From a virus (Duplodnaviria; Caudoviricetes), in IMG/VR virus record IMGVR_UViG_3300001914_000007, positions 1 through 56,973 of that record: DNA of 56,973 nt, one strand, 5' to 3'. How positions within the stretch are numbered: the first letter of the stretch is position 1; each line of letters opens with the position of its first letter. This document shows, piece after piece, positions 29,201-37,503 of this stretch. The translations under genes and the position numbers were made by a program. Under the pieces are notes generated by a model. It did not search any database, had not been told where the DNA came from, and saw nothing but the letters and a program-made list of their open reading frames with translations.

Positions 29201-30861
29201 AAGTCTATCATGTCCTTTTGTTCTGGAACTCCTTCAAGCTCATTTGAACTTGTCGCATTATCCAAAGAGTTCAGAAGGTCTGTGCTTTCGCTTCCGGTAA
29301 CTATTGGAGCGTTTAGATTACGCCGGAGTCCTTTGAGTTGTTCGAGCCTACTCTTTCTTTGTGCTTGATTCATGATACTGCCGCCGCCGCCCATCATTCC
29401 GCCCATAGCGCCGCCGATAATAGTAGCATCTATAGCGCCCTGTCCAAGTTGTTTGGCTTTTTCTCTTACGGTCATTTCGGAAAGAGGCTTTTCTGTGTTT
29501 CCTGTAAGCATATCCGTAAGATTCTGTCCAAGCTGGGTAAATCCTTCCGAAGTACCTTCGCGGAACATATCTCCGCCTATATTCTTGAGAAAATTGAATA
29601 CACCCTTTTTAACGGCTTTCTTCCCTTCTTCTCCTAAATATTTTCCCAGTATTGGAATAGTCCCTAGCTTTTCGCCAATTACCTCAAATGCGCCATTTCC
29701 GATTGCATTGGCAAGCTTTCCAGATTCTGACATATTGGAATTGTCTTTTACATCGTTGTACTGGCTTGCCGCCGAAGTTACGCCCATGTATGCGAGAGAA
29801 CCAGCTCCGCCTGTGAGCATAAATGCCGCCGCCTGTGTTGCGAGATTGGGAATCTGATTGATTGTCCCATAAAGAACCTGTTCAACGGCTGCGGCTGTGC
29901 CTTTTTGCTTAAACGTATCTGTTATGTCAAGTCCACCTGACGCGACTTGAGATTTTTGAGCGGCCTTGTCCTTCATGAATTTAGCTGTGCCGTCAAGAAT
30001 ATCTACCCAGCTCTGTTTGTCAATTGGCTGTTCGGTGTTTGTTGCAAAATACGGAAGATTCTTTGCTTTGCGCTCTTTGGCAAATTCAATAGCTTTTCCG
30101 GCAATGGAATCCCACATCTGCGGGTCTTTTTTACTGAGTTCGCCGGGATCGTTATTTAAGAGATAGTCTTTCTGCTCTTGACTGAGTCCCGGGACAAGAG
30201 TCGGTATTTCGACTTCCTTGCCCGGTTCTACATCGGCAGTTCCGATACTGAGTTCCGTTGATACTCCGCCGTCCGGCCTCTTGAGTTCTCCGTAGAATCC
30301 CTTGCCCTTGAATGAACCATTTTTCCTCTTTTCAAGACTGGCTAAGTATTCTCCTGGTATCACGTCAATAAGTGGATCACCAAGCTCTTTTCTTTTTTCG
30401 ATGGCACTGGCTCTAAGTGTTTTATCTATATCTCTCACAAATCCCGGCAATGCGGCAATCCCGGCTCCGGCCTGTTCAACACCGGATTTTAAAGACTCTC
30501 CAGCCTTGTATATTCTTGAGTGTGTCTTAGCCTGAAAAGTCTCTGGGTTTACATTTTTGTCCTTTAAAAACTGCTGATAAGATTCTTCCTCCGGACTGCG
30601 CGCACGGGAAGGCTCGGGAAATGCGGATTTGACTTTTTTTCTATATTCCGCATCTTGCGCTTTTGCTTCTTCAAATGTCGGAATGTAATTCTCATCTGCT
30701 TTGAGAGACTCTCTATATTTTCTGTCATATTCCTGTGCTTCCTTAAAGCTGGGAATGTAATCATTATCTACGGGTTTTATAAATGGATTATTTTTTCTAT
30801 ATTCCGCATCTTGCGCCTCCGCCTCCTTGAAGGTCGGGATATAGTCGTTTAATGAATTCAT
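23242..30861 (-). CDS. Giant internal virion/ejection polyvalent protein (~2,540 aa)
   Basis: Largest, third gene of the ejection trio; HELAH zincin motif; GFGIVHI..H..SIVTAF BECR-type RNase-like domain; ATG 30861 in ATGA overlap (ORF extends to 30870). Confidence 0.85.
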   Translation of the reverse strand: MNSLNDYIPTFKEAEAQDAEYRKNNPFIKPVDNDYIPSFKEAQEYDRKYRESLKADENYIPTFEEAKAQDAEYRKKVKSAFPEPSRARSPEEESYQQFLKDKNVNPETFQAKTHSRIYKAGESLKSGVEQAGAGIAALPGFVRDIDKTLRASAIEKRKELGDPLIDVIPGEYLASLEKRKNGSFKGKGFYGELKRPDGGVSTELSIGTADVEPGKEVEIPTLVPGLSQEQKDYLLNNDPGELSKKDPQMWDSIAGKAIEFAKERKAKNLPYFATNTEQPIDKQSWVDILDGTAKFMKDKAAQKSQVASGGLDITDTFKQKGTAAAVEQVLYGTINQIPNLATQAAAFMLTGGAGSLAYMGVTSAASQYNDVKDNSNMSESGKLANAIGNGAFEVIGEKLGTIPILGKYLGEEGKKAVKKGVFNFLKNIGGDMFREGTSEGFTQLGQNLTDMLTGNTEKPLSEMTVREKAKQLGQGAIDATIIGGAMGGMMGGGGSIMNQAQRKSRLEQLKGLRRNLNAPIVTGSESTDLLNSLDNATSSNELEGVPEQKDMIDFPASGENVNPEFGSMTNQELAAYIISRTGESSVSTASRADLIDRAFDLHEAERQTEAAPAENANINFNEMDRSALVEYIEGKSGESVYPGATQSQLVEEAYNIYDSNQIESAHQAMLEEEKNQAEMDKAREVVQQQKQAAQAQQAIGQEQAAVSEQLSEQEQIRQAKINEAMQAANVQYQLDEAAKIEKMSIKEAQIEISKDPQGKNVDALLAHIDKLNGVIPQAEQAVPEPEQAQEKPNVYMNMPIERVRQDAENGVLLAQEALAQREPPTVAENATVQENLTVQAEPEALQSPVVKKNLTDEPGTTEESSAVETAIPPIVPKKGLKKKEALQKKEAEPRRATTEGRAVDGQPISPGDRFITSSGRTTTPYPKTRKNSVKIENQWLIDNALAEAESRGDEFNARSFAREKADNLPRASVESMNQYLYGEQPKVIPSILKEVKGVSQNKESIPADNPSAQKEEAAKPESTPANKPGLKMTGLKGVESRFNQNKPESERVKLEEVKEGTPAITAAQKLAKALGVEIVVFRNTGAGQGFEGIFLNDGKIYVDADSKSNPVKQVAIHELAHAMQKNTPELWQEFLSELEKISDKGKLADYIAKRRAQVEKALPGSKFSDDYFKMEYGADVMGSLLSGDEKILEGLHKANPGIVSKILDILKNIKAAFEKIIAQKSIVKGKSAMDESIREILGENIDPAIAAAEKFLSGAVEKEITKPKDSTGEDVLFSPAESEGIFSVKSNPQKKMTLEEIAKDKTIKPLDIVLSPEGKEYWGIIPEEVERETNGMVKSLPIVLKKGMHDSRIDRGFGIVHILHDHAEELKKLGWNTAGFLQNIIDNCNSIVVQEKNRSVLFKYGKPDSVMVLELRINDGHYSIVTAFPRVSGVQVRGKEVWRRRAARSTNQDKQLVPPTLLHSDVQRLQSPLEEHAGQTSKAIIDQKDDNVKEDMQFSPKSEAKETNKINEARSWAKEWLSAMREKNKNAKEDISHIDKVVSTIFYYMKKVPAISRMFDAGLQKDTDKHLFGNLIFNKDNGKGEFELNPMVELSKKNKPEYARLRDDHLWKRDIDAIGGTVTTSEDGKTFHARNENNELIGDFLREELAWDAVYQSEITDMRKSGKWSEQAIGSVLAARRVNRNSFQMMRNGVLDNVKKLKKLGAKAPVVEGVDIREYLKQMGDRSGYYMPRTRLGGRQFLWASKEGEHSRFEKFDSTAARAALAATLRRDGYTVEFTQSNTPSEEAFVENDILAMNDLINNAVERMKKKEHLTFEQFGLKGKWIDFPLKSGKTEKHFTISGERSTMQGELLKSFGGRFYEESWHFKNVDDEFEKVILNAIAHNEGATIMQAEAIGQALAEQMATIIHSHGSRSHKIKRDNRKGKDVYLGFEEDPIKAITLAGRSIAGGTAKRIMANSMMEAFTGHDLKWSAYKKDNMPKGLTAGSSEYYKAMAELWKSYEKAVKERAIDSATQPNAYSEAKSFMNDMLRNDERLDRIFGMTKAAMALQFLSGVSSGVINLTSLATSVPAAMHGLGGIPAIEIPKLLTRGMSSYTTYSIQKKRGKASTLSATQKRLFDDITNRGWDTDLQNQDLTESAMTHGGKVFNSILKWSLIVFSTTEKLNRASTIAAAYNGMVAQHKGVMSEVQREEYLMKAKSISDHAHGVYGKINLPGWARGPGIVAHIGKSMYVYKNYMHNYYLLMRELWTTGHRKDVIWMAIAPMVIAGTKANPLQPLLGPILRAIISGLGGPDDPEEALYQWLEEKFGLTSSRFARTGLAGGLFGINLKGSMAAGSFEVPELSDLGGVPQSFFEGLGEGIQEIGKGRYGRGIEKIAPKPIANIFKARREYTEGITSRDGDPVFFGNKQLKSDWQEAALRGLGFNPAYISEKRETQWSEKQVIDKYGDMKKSINTKIHLYFASNNRTQENWDKNILPEIEAFNARVIKRDVPGVSPITSSSIMSLFKNATTPSKIEKERAGLRKRQHAEQNLTNFPFINQ

Positions 30862-31829
30862 TTTTTCCATCCTTTAAATTCACCAGTTTTTTTGTCATAT
30901 ATTCCTATGCGTCCGCTTGCAGTCATAAATTCGAGATTTCCGGAGCCGTCTCCCGGATCTGGTTCCGGATCTGGTTCCGGATCTGGTTCCGGATCTGGTT
31001 CCGGATCTGGAACTTCTCCGCGCATCTGCTTAATAATTTTTGCCTGATAGTTTTCTAGTGATTTTATGTTCTTATCAATATCTGCCAAATTTGCGCTACT
31101 GCCTGATGTTGAAGTTTGCGCTTGCACTTTTGCGCGTTCGTATTTCCCTATTTCATCCGCTGCTTTATAGTAACTGGCATCGAGGTCTTTTATTCGCTGG
31201 AGATTTAACTTTTCCGTTGCATTTCCGGAGCTTTTTTTCTTTATTCCGAGTGCTTCATTAAGCCGTGCTTCATTTCTGGCTTTGTCTGTTAGCTCGTCTT
31301 TGCGTTTAAGCGTAGCCCATACCTGGTGCTGATTAACGGTCTCTCTGTTCTCTGGAGTAAAAAGCGTTATGCTTTTATCCGCGTTAACAACGTAGTCAAC
31401 AATAGGCTTCCCCTGCTTGTTGAAGCTGTCGATAAGTACATCTTTATCTTTGCCGCCGCGTATTGCGTCATGCACCAAATCCAGCATTCCTTCGCTTTGA
31501 GTTATGGCCCAGTTTGTGGCATTGTATTCCTCTTCGCCTCTCTTCTTATCTTGCTCTTTCCATCCGAGTTCTTTGGCAAAAGCGTCAGCAGTAAGTTCCT
31601 GCTGCCTGAGCTGGTTTTTGCCGATTGCCATGTGCTGGTTATACTTCTCGGTTTCGCGCTGTTCGTATATCGGCCTCTGCTTCAGCCTGTAATCATAATC
31701 CTCAAGCTGCTTGCCGCCGATTTCCATATTCTGATTGTGCCGCTCACGTTGCAGTTGCTTTTCGAATTCCACATCGCCGCGCCTGTCATTATAGTCCATC
31801 GCCCTGCCAATACCGCCGTACATTCCCAT
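30858..31829 (-). CDS. Internal virion (ejection) protein
   Basis: Helical Q/E/K-rich; position between pilot-like and giant proteins. Confidence 0.65.
   Translation of the reverse strand: MGMYGGIGRAMDYNDRRGDVEFEKQLQRERHNQNMEIGGKQLEDYDYRLKQRPIYEQRETEKYNQHMAIGKNQLRQQELTADAFAKELGWKEQDKKRGEEEYNATNWAITQSEGMLDLVHDAIRGGKDKDVLIDSFNKQGKPIVDYVVNADKSITLFTPENRETVNQHQVWATLKRKDELTDKARNEARLNEALGIKKKSSGNATEKLNLQRIKDLDASYYKAADEIGKYERAKVQAQTSTSGSSANLADIDKNIKSLENYQAKIIKQMRGEVPDPEPDPEPDPEPDPEPDPGDGSGNLEFMTASGRIGIYDKKTGEFKGWKK
30953..31010 (-). repeat. Perfect 12-bp tandem repeat x4.8 encoding (PDPE)n
   Basis: CCGGATCTGGTT units on the + strand. Confidence 0.95.
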
Positions 31830-31854
31830 GATTAGTTCTCCTTAAGTTTTAAGT

Positions 31855-32691
31855 TTAAAAAAGTTTTCCGGTGCCCCAGCTTGCGGCTTTCTTTGCCGCC
31901 TTCGCTTTTTGTTCTTGATTATACCTGACTTGAGCATCTGCCATTGCCTTTTCCGAGACATCACCGCTTCCGCCAATAACTCCGTTTTGTCTTCCGGAAA
32001 CATACCCTGCCTGATCCGCCTCTTGTCCATATCTATCTCCAAGCCCCATTCCGAGCTGTGCCGCATTGCCATAAGCCCCTGCCGCCGAGCTTGCCGCGCC
32101 TATTGCCTGACTTGCTCCCTGTTGAGCTATTCCAGCTATTCCCGCATTACGTGAAAAGCTTTCATCCCTTGCCTGTTTTCGTGCGGTATTCTTCGCCGCA
32201 GCTTCTCCGGCTGCTCGGGCAAGCCCCCAATCCGTAAGCATTCCTGCAAACCGCCCGGAATTCGGGTTTACCCCCATCCTCGACATTGTGCGTTGATTTA
32301 TTCCGAGTGCATTATCATAAGAAAGCCCACTGGATACCGCCGCTTTTCCAGCCGCTTCTTCTTCACTTACGTTTGCCAGTTGTGAAGCCCGTCCTATTGC
32401 TGGCATATATGTGGAATTGTAGTTATCCATCACCGTGCCGCTTATGCCGGACAAGTCGCCAGCCACGCCGCTCATATTCCCGATTGCGTTTGAAGCTCCG
32501 CTGTACTGGTTCTGCATGTTGCTGTTGTTGTTTTTGGCGTAACTGCTTGCACCTCCAATAGCGCTCTGGCTTGCTGTATTTGCGCCAGTATCGGCAGCCG
32601 TTTTGATAATGCCCGATTTCACGCCTGAATCAATTGTTTTCGTTGCCGCCTGTACAGCCGCCACGTTACTTCCGAATCCAAAACTTGACAT
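31855..32691 (-). CDS. Internal virion DNA-pilot-like protein
   Basis: G/A/S/N-rich; RMGVNPNSGRF motif. Confidence 0.7.
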   Translation of the reverse strand: MSSFGFGSNVAAVQAATKTIDSGVKSGIIKTAADTGANTASQSAIGGASSYAKNNNSNMQNQYSGASNAIGNMSGVAGDLSGISGTVMDNYNSTYMPAIGRASQLANVSEEEAAGKAAVSSGLSYDNALGINQRTMSRMGVNPNSGRFAGMLTDWGLARAAGEAAAKNTARKQARDESFSRNAGIAGIAQQGASQAIGAASSAAGAYGNAAQLGMGLGDRYGQEADQAGYVSGRQNGVIGGSGDVSEKAMADAQVRYNQEQKAKAAKKAASWGTGKLF

Positions 32692-32705
32692 TTCTCTTCT
32701 CCTCG

Positions 32706-33398
32706 TTATTTCTTATTTTCGTTATAATATTTTCTTAAAAATGCTTCTACTTCTATTCTTGTAACTTTTTTCCTGTCTCCAAAATATTGTCTCATCCAGT
32801 ATGGTATAAGACACATGCCATCGGATATATTCGCCCAATCCACCGTAACAACCTTTGAAAGCTTTCTCCAAGTCTTTTCCATCGGGCATATTACCTCAAT
32901 CCCGTTTTCCCTTGCGAGGTCAATAGCATCCAACACTCCAGGAACCTGCTCTTTGTACTCATGGGATACCTCATTTTTATTGAGTATCATATAGAAGCCG
33001 AGCATGTAGATTTTATCGTATCGCTTCAGTGTAATCTCCCTTGCAAACATGAAGGCTGTCGTAGAAGAGAAGAAGTTAAATCCGAATCGTTTTGAATAAT
33101 CAAACATGTCCAATTTTTCATAATTTTTTAAAATATCAAAATCTGAAACGGTAATTATTTTTGACCCAGTCTTATTATATTCCTCAATCCACTCGTTTCC
33201 AAGTGATTCGTCTGAATTTCTGCCATTAAATTCCCAGTGAATCTGATATATTTCTTCGGGATGTTTCAATTCCTCAATATCGCCATAAGGACGATAGAAG
33301 TAATTCTGTGCCATGACGGGAATTCCCGCAGCGCTTTTCCAGTCGAAGTTTTTCAGGACTGGTTTATAATTTCCGAGAAATATGCAGGGATTACTCAT
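32706..33398 (-). CDS. Glycosyltransferase-like protein (sialyltransferase/DUF115-type Rossmann fold)
   Basis: CIFLG start; FSSTTAFMFA..YDKIYMLGFYM..EYKEQ..A..NGIEV. Confidence 0.5.
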   Translation of the reverse strand: MSNPCIFLGNYKPVLKNFDWKSAAGIPVMAQNYFYRPYGDIEELKHPEEIYQIHWEFNGRNSDESLGNEWIEEYNKTGSKIITVSDFDILKNYEKLDMFDYSKRFGFNFFSSTTAFMFAREITLKRYDKIYMLGFYMILNKNEVSHEYKEQVPGVLDAIDLARENGIEVICPMEKTWRKLSKVVTVDWANISDGMCLIPYWMRQYFGDRKKVTRIEVEAFLRKYYNENKK

Positions 33399-33727
33399 TC
33401 AACTCCTACTGTTTGCATCAATTGATTTACGGCATCAACAAGCTTATTTGTTACCTGCTGATTTTCGGTTGCATCTGACGGATTACTTATCTTGGGCAGA
33501 TTTGTCGCACCAAGATTCATCAATGCGCTGGCAATAGAGTTCGTAACGTCCATGTTCTCTTGAACATCTGAAGGGTTGAAAATCTTTGACAGCCTCACAT
33601 CGTTCCCTGCTCTGGCATTGAGAATCCTGACGGCATCGGAAAGAGCGTTCGTTACCTGTTGATTTTCGGTATTGTCGGCAGGGTTGAAAATCTTCATGGT
33701 TTTGATTGATAAATCTTTCAGTGCCAT
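33395..33727 (-). CDS. Small protein with three internal repeats
   Basis: KI[FS]NP[AS]DxxENxxVTN x3. Confidence 0.75.
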   Translation of the reverse strand: MALKDLSIKTMKIFNPADNTENQQVTNALSDAVRILNARAGNDVRLSKIFNPSDVQENMDVTNSIASALMNLGATNLPKISNPSDATENQQVTNKLVDAVNQLMQTVGVE

Positions 33728-33728
33728 G

Positions 33729-36179
33729 TTAGAATTCCCCCATGCTCTGAGTCAATATGAGTTTGTCAATATTCACGGTTGTCTCGACTTCTATTTCCCA
33801 ATCGCGCTCTTTGCGCATGACCGGGAGCCGGAAAGAAAGATTTATCTGGCTGGCCGGGATTGTCCCGGTATAAACAAGAACATCATTTGCATAGAGCCTG
33901 AGAATTACATTCCCGGTTGTTATTGAGTAGTCCGAGGCTATTATCTTGGCGCAACTGAAATTTGCCGGGCGATCGAGAGAGAATTTTTTGCTCTTCCATA
34001 TCACGGTTTTATTTTCCGTGCCGGAATCCCATTTGACAAGGCTTGTTCCCTGTGCCAGATAAAGCGTATCGTCCTCGATCTCATAATAGAGTGCGTCGGC
34101 TGTTTCGTCTGTGGTTACAAGCGTTCCCTCTTTCGGGTCGAATATCCATGCCCCGGCATCGGTGAACATGAATACTTTGCCGTCATGGCAATACGCTTTC
34201 ATCGTGTCCGGCTGGATTTCCTGCCACTGCTCGCGCTTGAAAAAGTTTTCGGTAACAAGCTGTGCCGTGCCGTTCGCTACCATTACAAGGCCGTCGGGAG
34301 ATGGATAAAATACCGCACCTTCGCCATTGCATATACCCTCTGCGGAAACGCAAGCCTGATTCTGTGGAAGTACCCTTACGCACATGGTTTCCGGATGGTC
34401 TCCTATCGCAAGTTCAGGATTTCCCGTTGTACAGACTACAAGCGTATTGCCATAAACCCCGAATCCTACAATGTCATGTTCAACCGTCTGCATGTAAGAA
34501 GCTGGCCATGCATAGGGAATATACGGTTCACAAAAATAAACATCTCGTTTATTTGCTCCGGAAGCAACAAGCATTCCGCCCGGCATCCTGATGAGTCCAT
34601 ACATTTCATCGGGAGGATCACCGTAGGCCGGCATTGATTCTGCGAGTTCGGTATCCTGTTTTATATCGGCATATGTCGTCAGGGAGGACGCTATTTCATC
34701 CATGTATAGAAATGCATTATCTTCCATACTTCCAGCGCTTCGGTAAATTCTCCGGTTCTCTACATATCCTCCGGGATTTGCGCCGAGTGTCAACGCGACT
34801 GTATCACCCGGACGTGCTTCGACAAGCGCTGAAAGTGATTGTCCGGGGTCTCCCTCGTCTCCAATATCGGTTACATATCTCTGGCAATAGTAGCGGCTCG
34901 ACAACGAAACCGCATAAACGATTGAAATCGTGATTACAATGTCGCAGGGATTGACTTTTGAAGTGTAATTATAAAGACCAGTATTAAGATTTACACTTAC
35001 ACCGGGCGGTTGCCAAGCTGTATCCTCATTTGCACGCGCAACGCTTACGCATGTAATTGTCGCATATTCTTCATCCTTGTACTTAACTGTTTGCTCTTGT
35101 CCGATGATTGAATAACTTGAGGGAGATAATGTTCCAACACCAGTCAGTACCAGCGCTATATTGGCTATATTGTTGTTGACAATATACGCGGCCGCGGTAG
35201 TGTAACTCCCCGGGTAACGCGCTGTTATTGTAACTGTCTGATTGAGATTCGTTATGCTTACACTGGTAATAGGACAAGCTACTCCGGAGTTGAAACCGAA
35301 TAGCGCTTGAACGGCCCATAGCGATTGTGTTGCCTGCCACAGCGGAGTAACGACGGCAGTAATCGGCGCAGTCGGGCTTGGAATTGTCGCATCCCTTGTC
35401 TGAGCCGCGCCAGCCGTTCCGAAATCCCCGCGGACTTTCAATTCTCCGGACGCATCTCCAGTCCAGTATACGCGGTTGTACTCGTCTGCGTTTATCGTAC
35501 TTTTTACCACATTACAGAGAGTAAGAAAATCAAGCCATTCCGCAGCGTCTTCACCTTCAACCCATGCAATCATTTCAATGTTTGCAACATACCATTTCCC
35601 GGAATTCTGGCAATCGGAAGTAGCCAAGAGCCGCCAATATTGCGCCGCCGTTGTGGAAGTGAATGTCCATTCCTGATAGCTCGTTATGTTTGTCGGGGTT
35701 ATCGGCATTTCTGAAACATCTGTCCAGTCGGTTCCATTCAATGACCTCTGGACCATTGCAGTTGTCGGAGCCGCTCCACTTGTCGCAAGCCTGAGCCGAA
35801 CCTTGCATATCTTCTTTGTAACACCAGAGCCGAAATTCTGTCCTATATACGCGGTGTTGTCAACTGCGGTAGTTGTTTGAGTTGAAGCCCATTGTGAAGT
35901 TACGCTTCCATCGAACGCGTTTGATTTGCTCAGATAATCACCGGACGATATTGCATAACCCGAACTACTGGCAACTGCTCCCGGGTGTCCCATCGAGCCG
36001 CGCCGGAAGATGGCTTTTACTCCGCTGGCAATTGTACGCTCAAGACTTGTCTGCTTGAAGCATCTCAGATTACCGGCAGTCAGATTACAATTCAATGCCG
36101 TCTGTGCTGAGGTATCCGGAAGGAGTTTCGCTTCTGTTCTCGGAATAAGCCCATTGTATTTTTCAAGCTGTAGTTTCAT
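33729..36179 (-). CDS. Tail nozzle / DNA stabilisation protein with inserted discoidin-like domain
   Basis: GLIPR..LLP start, FCEPYIPYAWP, YPSPDGLV, WKSKKF; AFDG..W..YIGQNFG..YWRL insert. Confidence 0.75.
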   Translation of the reverse strand: MKLQLEKYNGLIPRTEAKLLPDTSAQTALNCNLTAGNLRCFKQTSLERTIASGVKAIFRRGSMGHPGAVASSSGYAISSGDYLSKSNAFDGSVTSQWASTQTTTAVDNTAYIGQNFGSGVTKKICKVRLRLATSGAAPTTAMVQRSLNGTDWTDVSEMPITPTNITSYQEWTFTSTTAAQYWRLLATSDCQNSGKWYVANIEMIAWVEGEDAAEWLDFLTLCNVVKSTINADEYNRVYWTGDASGELKVRGDFGTAGAAQTRDATIPSPTAPITAVVTPLWQATQSLWAVQALFGFNSGVACPITSVSITNLNQTVTITARYPGSYTTAAAYIVNNNIANIALVLTGVGTLSPSSYSIIGQEQTVKYKDEEYATITCVSVARANEDTAWQPPGVSVNLNTGLYNYTSKVNPCDIVITISIVYAVSLSSRYYCQRYVTDIGDEGDPGQSLSALVEARPGDTVALTLGANPGGYVENRRIYRSAGSMEDNAFLYMDEIASSLTTYADIKQDTELAESMPAYGDPPDEMYGLIRMPGGMLVASGANKRDVYFCEPYIPYAWPASYMQTVEHDIVGFGVYGNTLVVCTTGNPELAIGDHPETMCVRVLPQNQACVSAEGICNGEGAVFYPSPDGLVMVANGTAQLVTENFFKREQWQEIQPDTMKAYCHDGKVFMFTDAGAWIFDPKEGTLVTTDETADALYYEIEDDTLYLAQGTSLVKWDSGTENKTVIWKSKKFSLDRPANFSCAKIIASDYSITTGNVILRLYANDVLVYTGTIPASQINLSFRLPVMRKERDWEIEVETTVNIDKLILTQSMGEF

Positions 36180-36583
36180 TTCTTTTTATTGGCTTTCTTC
36201 TTTTCATTTTTCTTATATTCAACATTTAATGCAAGAAGCAATCCCGAATAGTAGTATGAGTTGAGATACGCAAAGGCTTCATTGTTATCACAAGTAAAGG
36301 GAATATTGCAGCGCTTCATTGTGTCGAATGTTGCGTGAATACATTCATGGCAAAGCGTATCCTGCTCCGAGATGAGCCAATTAAATTTCGGCATCCAGAT
36401 ATAATGAGTAAAAAAGCCAATCTTAGGGTCTTCGATTGAGAGAAATTTTCCGGCTGTATTGTTGTCTTCTAATTCAACCTTATATTTTCGCTTGATATAT
36501 ATCTGAAATTCTTTCCATGTTCCAAGAAAAAGAATGGTTCCTATTCCATAAATATCTTCTTTTAGTTTATAGATTTTCTTCAT
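36176..36583 (-). CDS. Small HExxH metallopeptidase-like protein
   Basis: LCHECIHA...NEAFAYL. Confidence 0.65.
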   Translation of the reverse strand: MKKIYKLKEDIYGIGTILFLGTWKEFQIYIKRKYKVELEDNNTAGKFLSIEDPKIGFFTHYIWMPKFNWLISEQDTLCHECIHATFDTMKRCNIPFTCDNNEAFAYLNSYYYSGLLLALNVEYKKNEKKKANKKK

Positions 36584-36921
36584 GGCATGAGCCTTTTTAC
36601 GGTTTCGATTATTGCCACTATAAGAGTTGCAGCCACGGTTCCGACTGCTGTAATCTTGGTCTTTCCCCAAGGAGCCTTTGGATTCGGGCATGATGGGAAT
36701 ATCAACTTGCAGGGCAATTCTTTTATACTGCTCTGTATAGAAGCCATTGTCTTGTCGCCATCTTTGAGGCGTGTTGAAATGCCCTCAAACTGCTGGTTTA
36801 TTTCACCAATTGAGCGGGTTGTACTTTCAATGCTCATGGCTATTCGCAGTAACAGCTTCGGAGTGTCTTTTGCTTCTGCCTCCATGACCCAATCCGTTAT
36901 TGTTTTGCCGCCATCAGCCAT
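36580..36921 (-). CDS. Holin-like protein (coiled coil plus C-terminal TM)
   Basis: Heptad region then ITAVGTVAATLIVAII. Confidence 0.45.
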   Translation of the reverse strand: MADGGKTITDWVMEAEAKDTPKLLLRIAMSIESTTRSIGEINQQFEGISTRLKDGDKTMASIQSSIKELPCKLIFPSCPNPKAPWGKTKITAVGTVAATLIVAIIETVKRLMP

Positions 36922-37393
36922 TTGTTACTGCTCCTTCTTCTTCCCACGCTTCCCATCCGAAACGACTACAGGCGAGATATGTTCCATGTGCCTTTGCACG
37001 CCATACCATGCGCTTATGCCAGAGCCAGAATTTAGAGAAAGGATATTCGGTATCTATAATCTTCATCATGTTTGAAAGAATGCGGCCATTTGCTCCGTCA
37101 AACGATTCTCTTGTTCCATCCGACTTGTCAAATTCAAAGTCGTGAATCACAACCGCGCCGTCAAACAACTCCAAGAAGAGTGATATATATCCCCTGAGTT
37201 TTTCTTCGGATTCCTCTACCGTGAGGTATGGATATAGCCGCTGTAGAAGAAATCTTACAGCATAGTTGAAGTCCGCTGGACCTGCTCCGTTGTAGATGTT
37301 TTTGATATCCGCCTCGGACGTAGTCCAGAATTCGCGCGGAGCAATAAGCCCGTATTGCTTGCAAATCTCTTTTAAATTCTTGTCTGTGTCCAT
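36914..37393 (-). CDS. Phospholipase A2-like / DUF1353-like protein
   Basis: YNGAGP...VVIHDFEF...ANGRILSNM. Confidence 0.5.
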   Translation of the reverse strand: MDTDKNLKEICKQYGLIAPREFWTTSEADIKNIYNGAGPADFNYAVRFLLQRLYPYLTVEESEEKLRGYISLFLELFDGAVVIHDFEFDKSDGTRESFDGANGRILSNMMKIIDTEYPFSKFWLWHKRMVWRAKAHGTYLACSRFGWEAWEEEGAVTNG

Positions 37394-37503
37394 TTTTGTA
37401 CCCTTCCCTTATCGAGAGATCAGCTTATCTGGCCTCTCGTTAAAGTCCCGACTCCACCCAAGCCGGGACAAATACGATTCCTCAAATCCTTTCTGTTTTG
37501 GGA

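Noticed and set aside
30852-31058. (RIWF)n plus-strand ORF
   Set aside because: Antisense reading of the PDPE repeat
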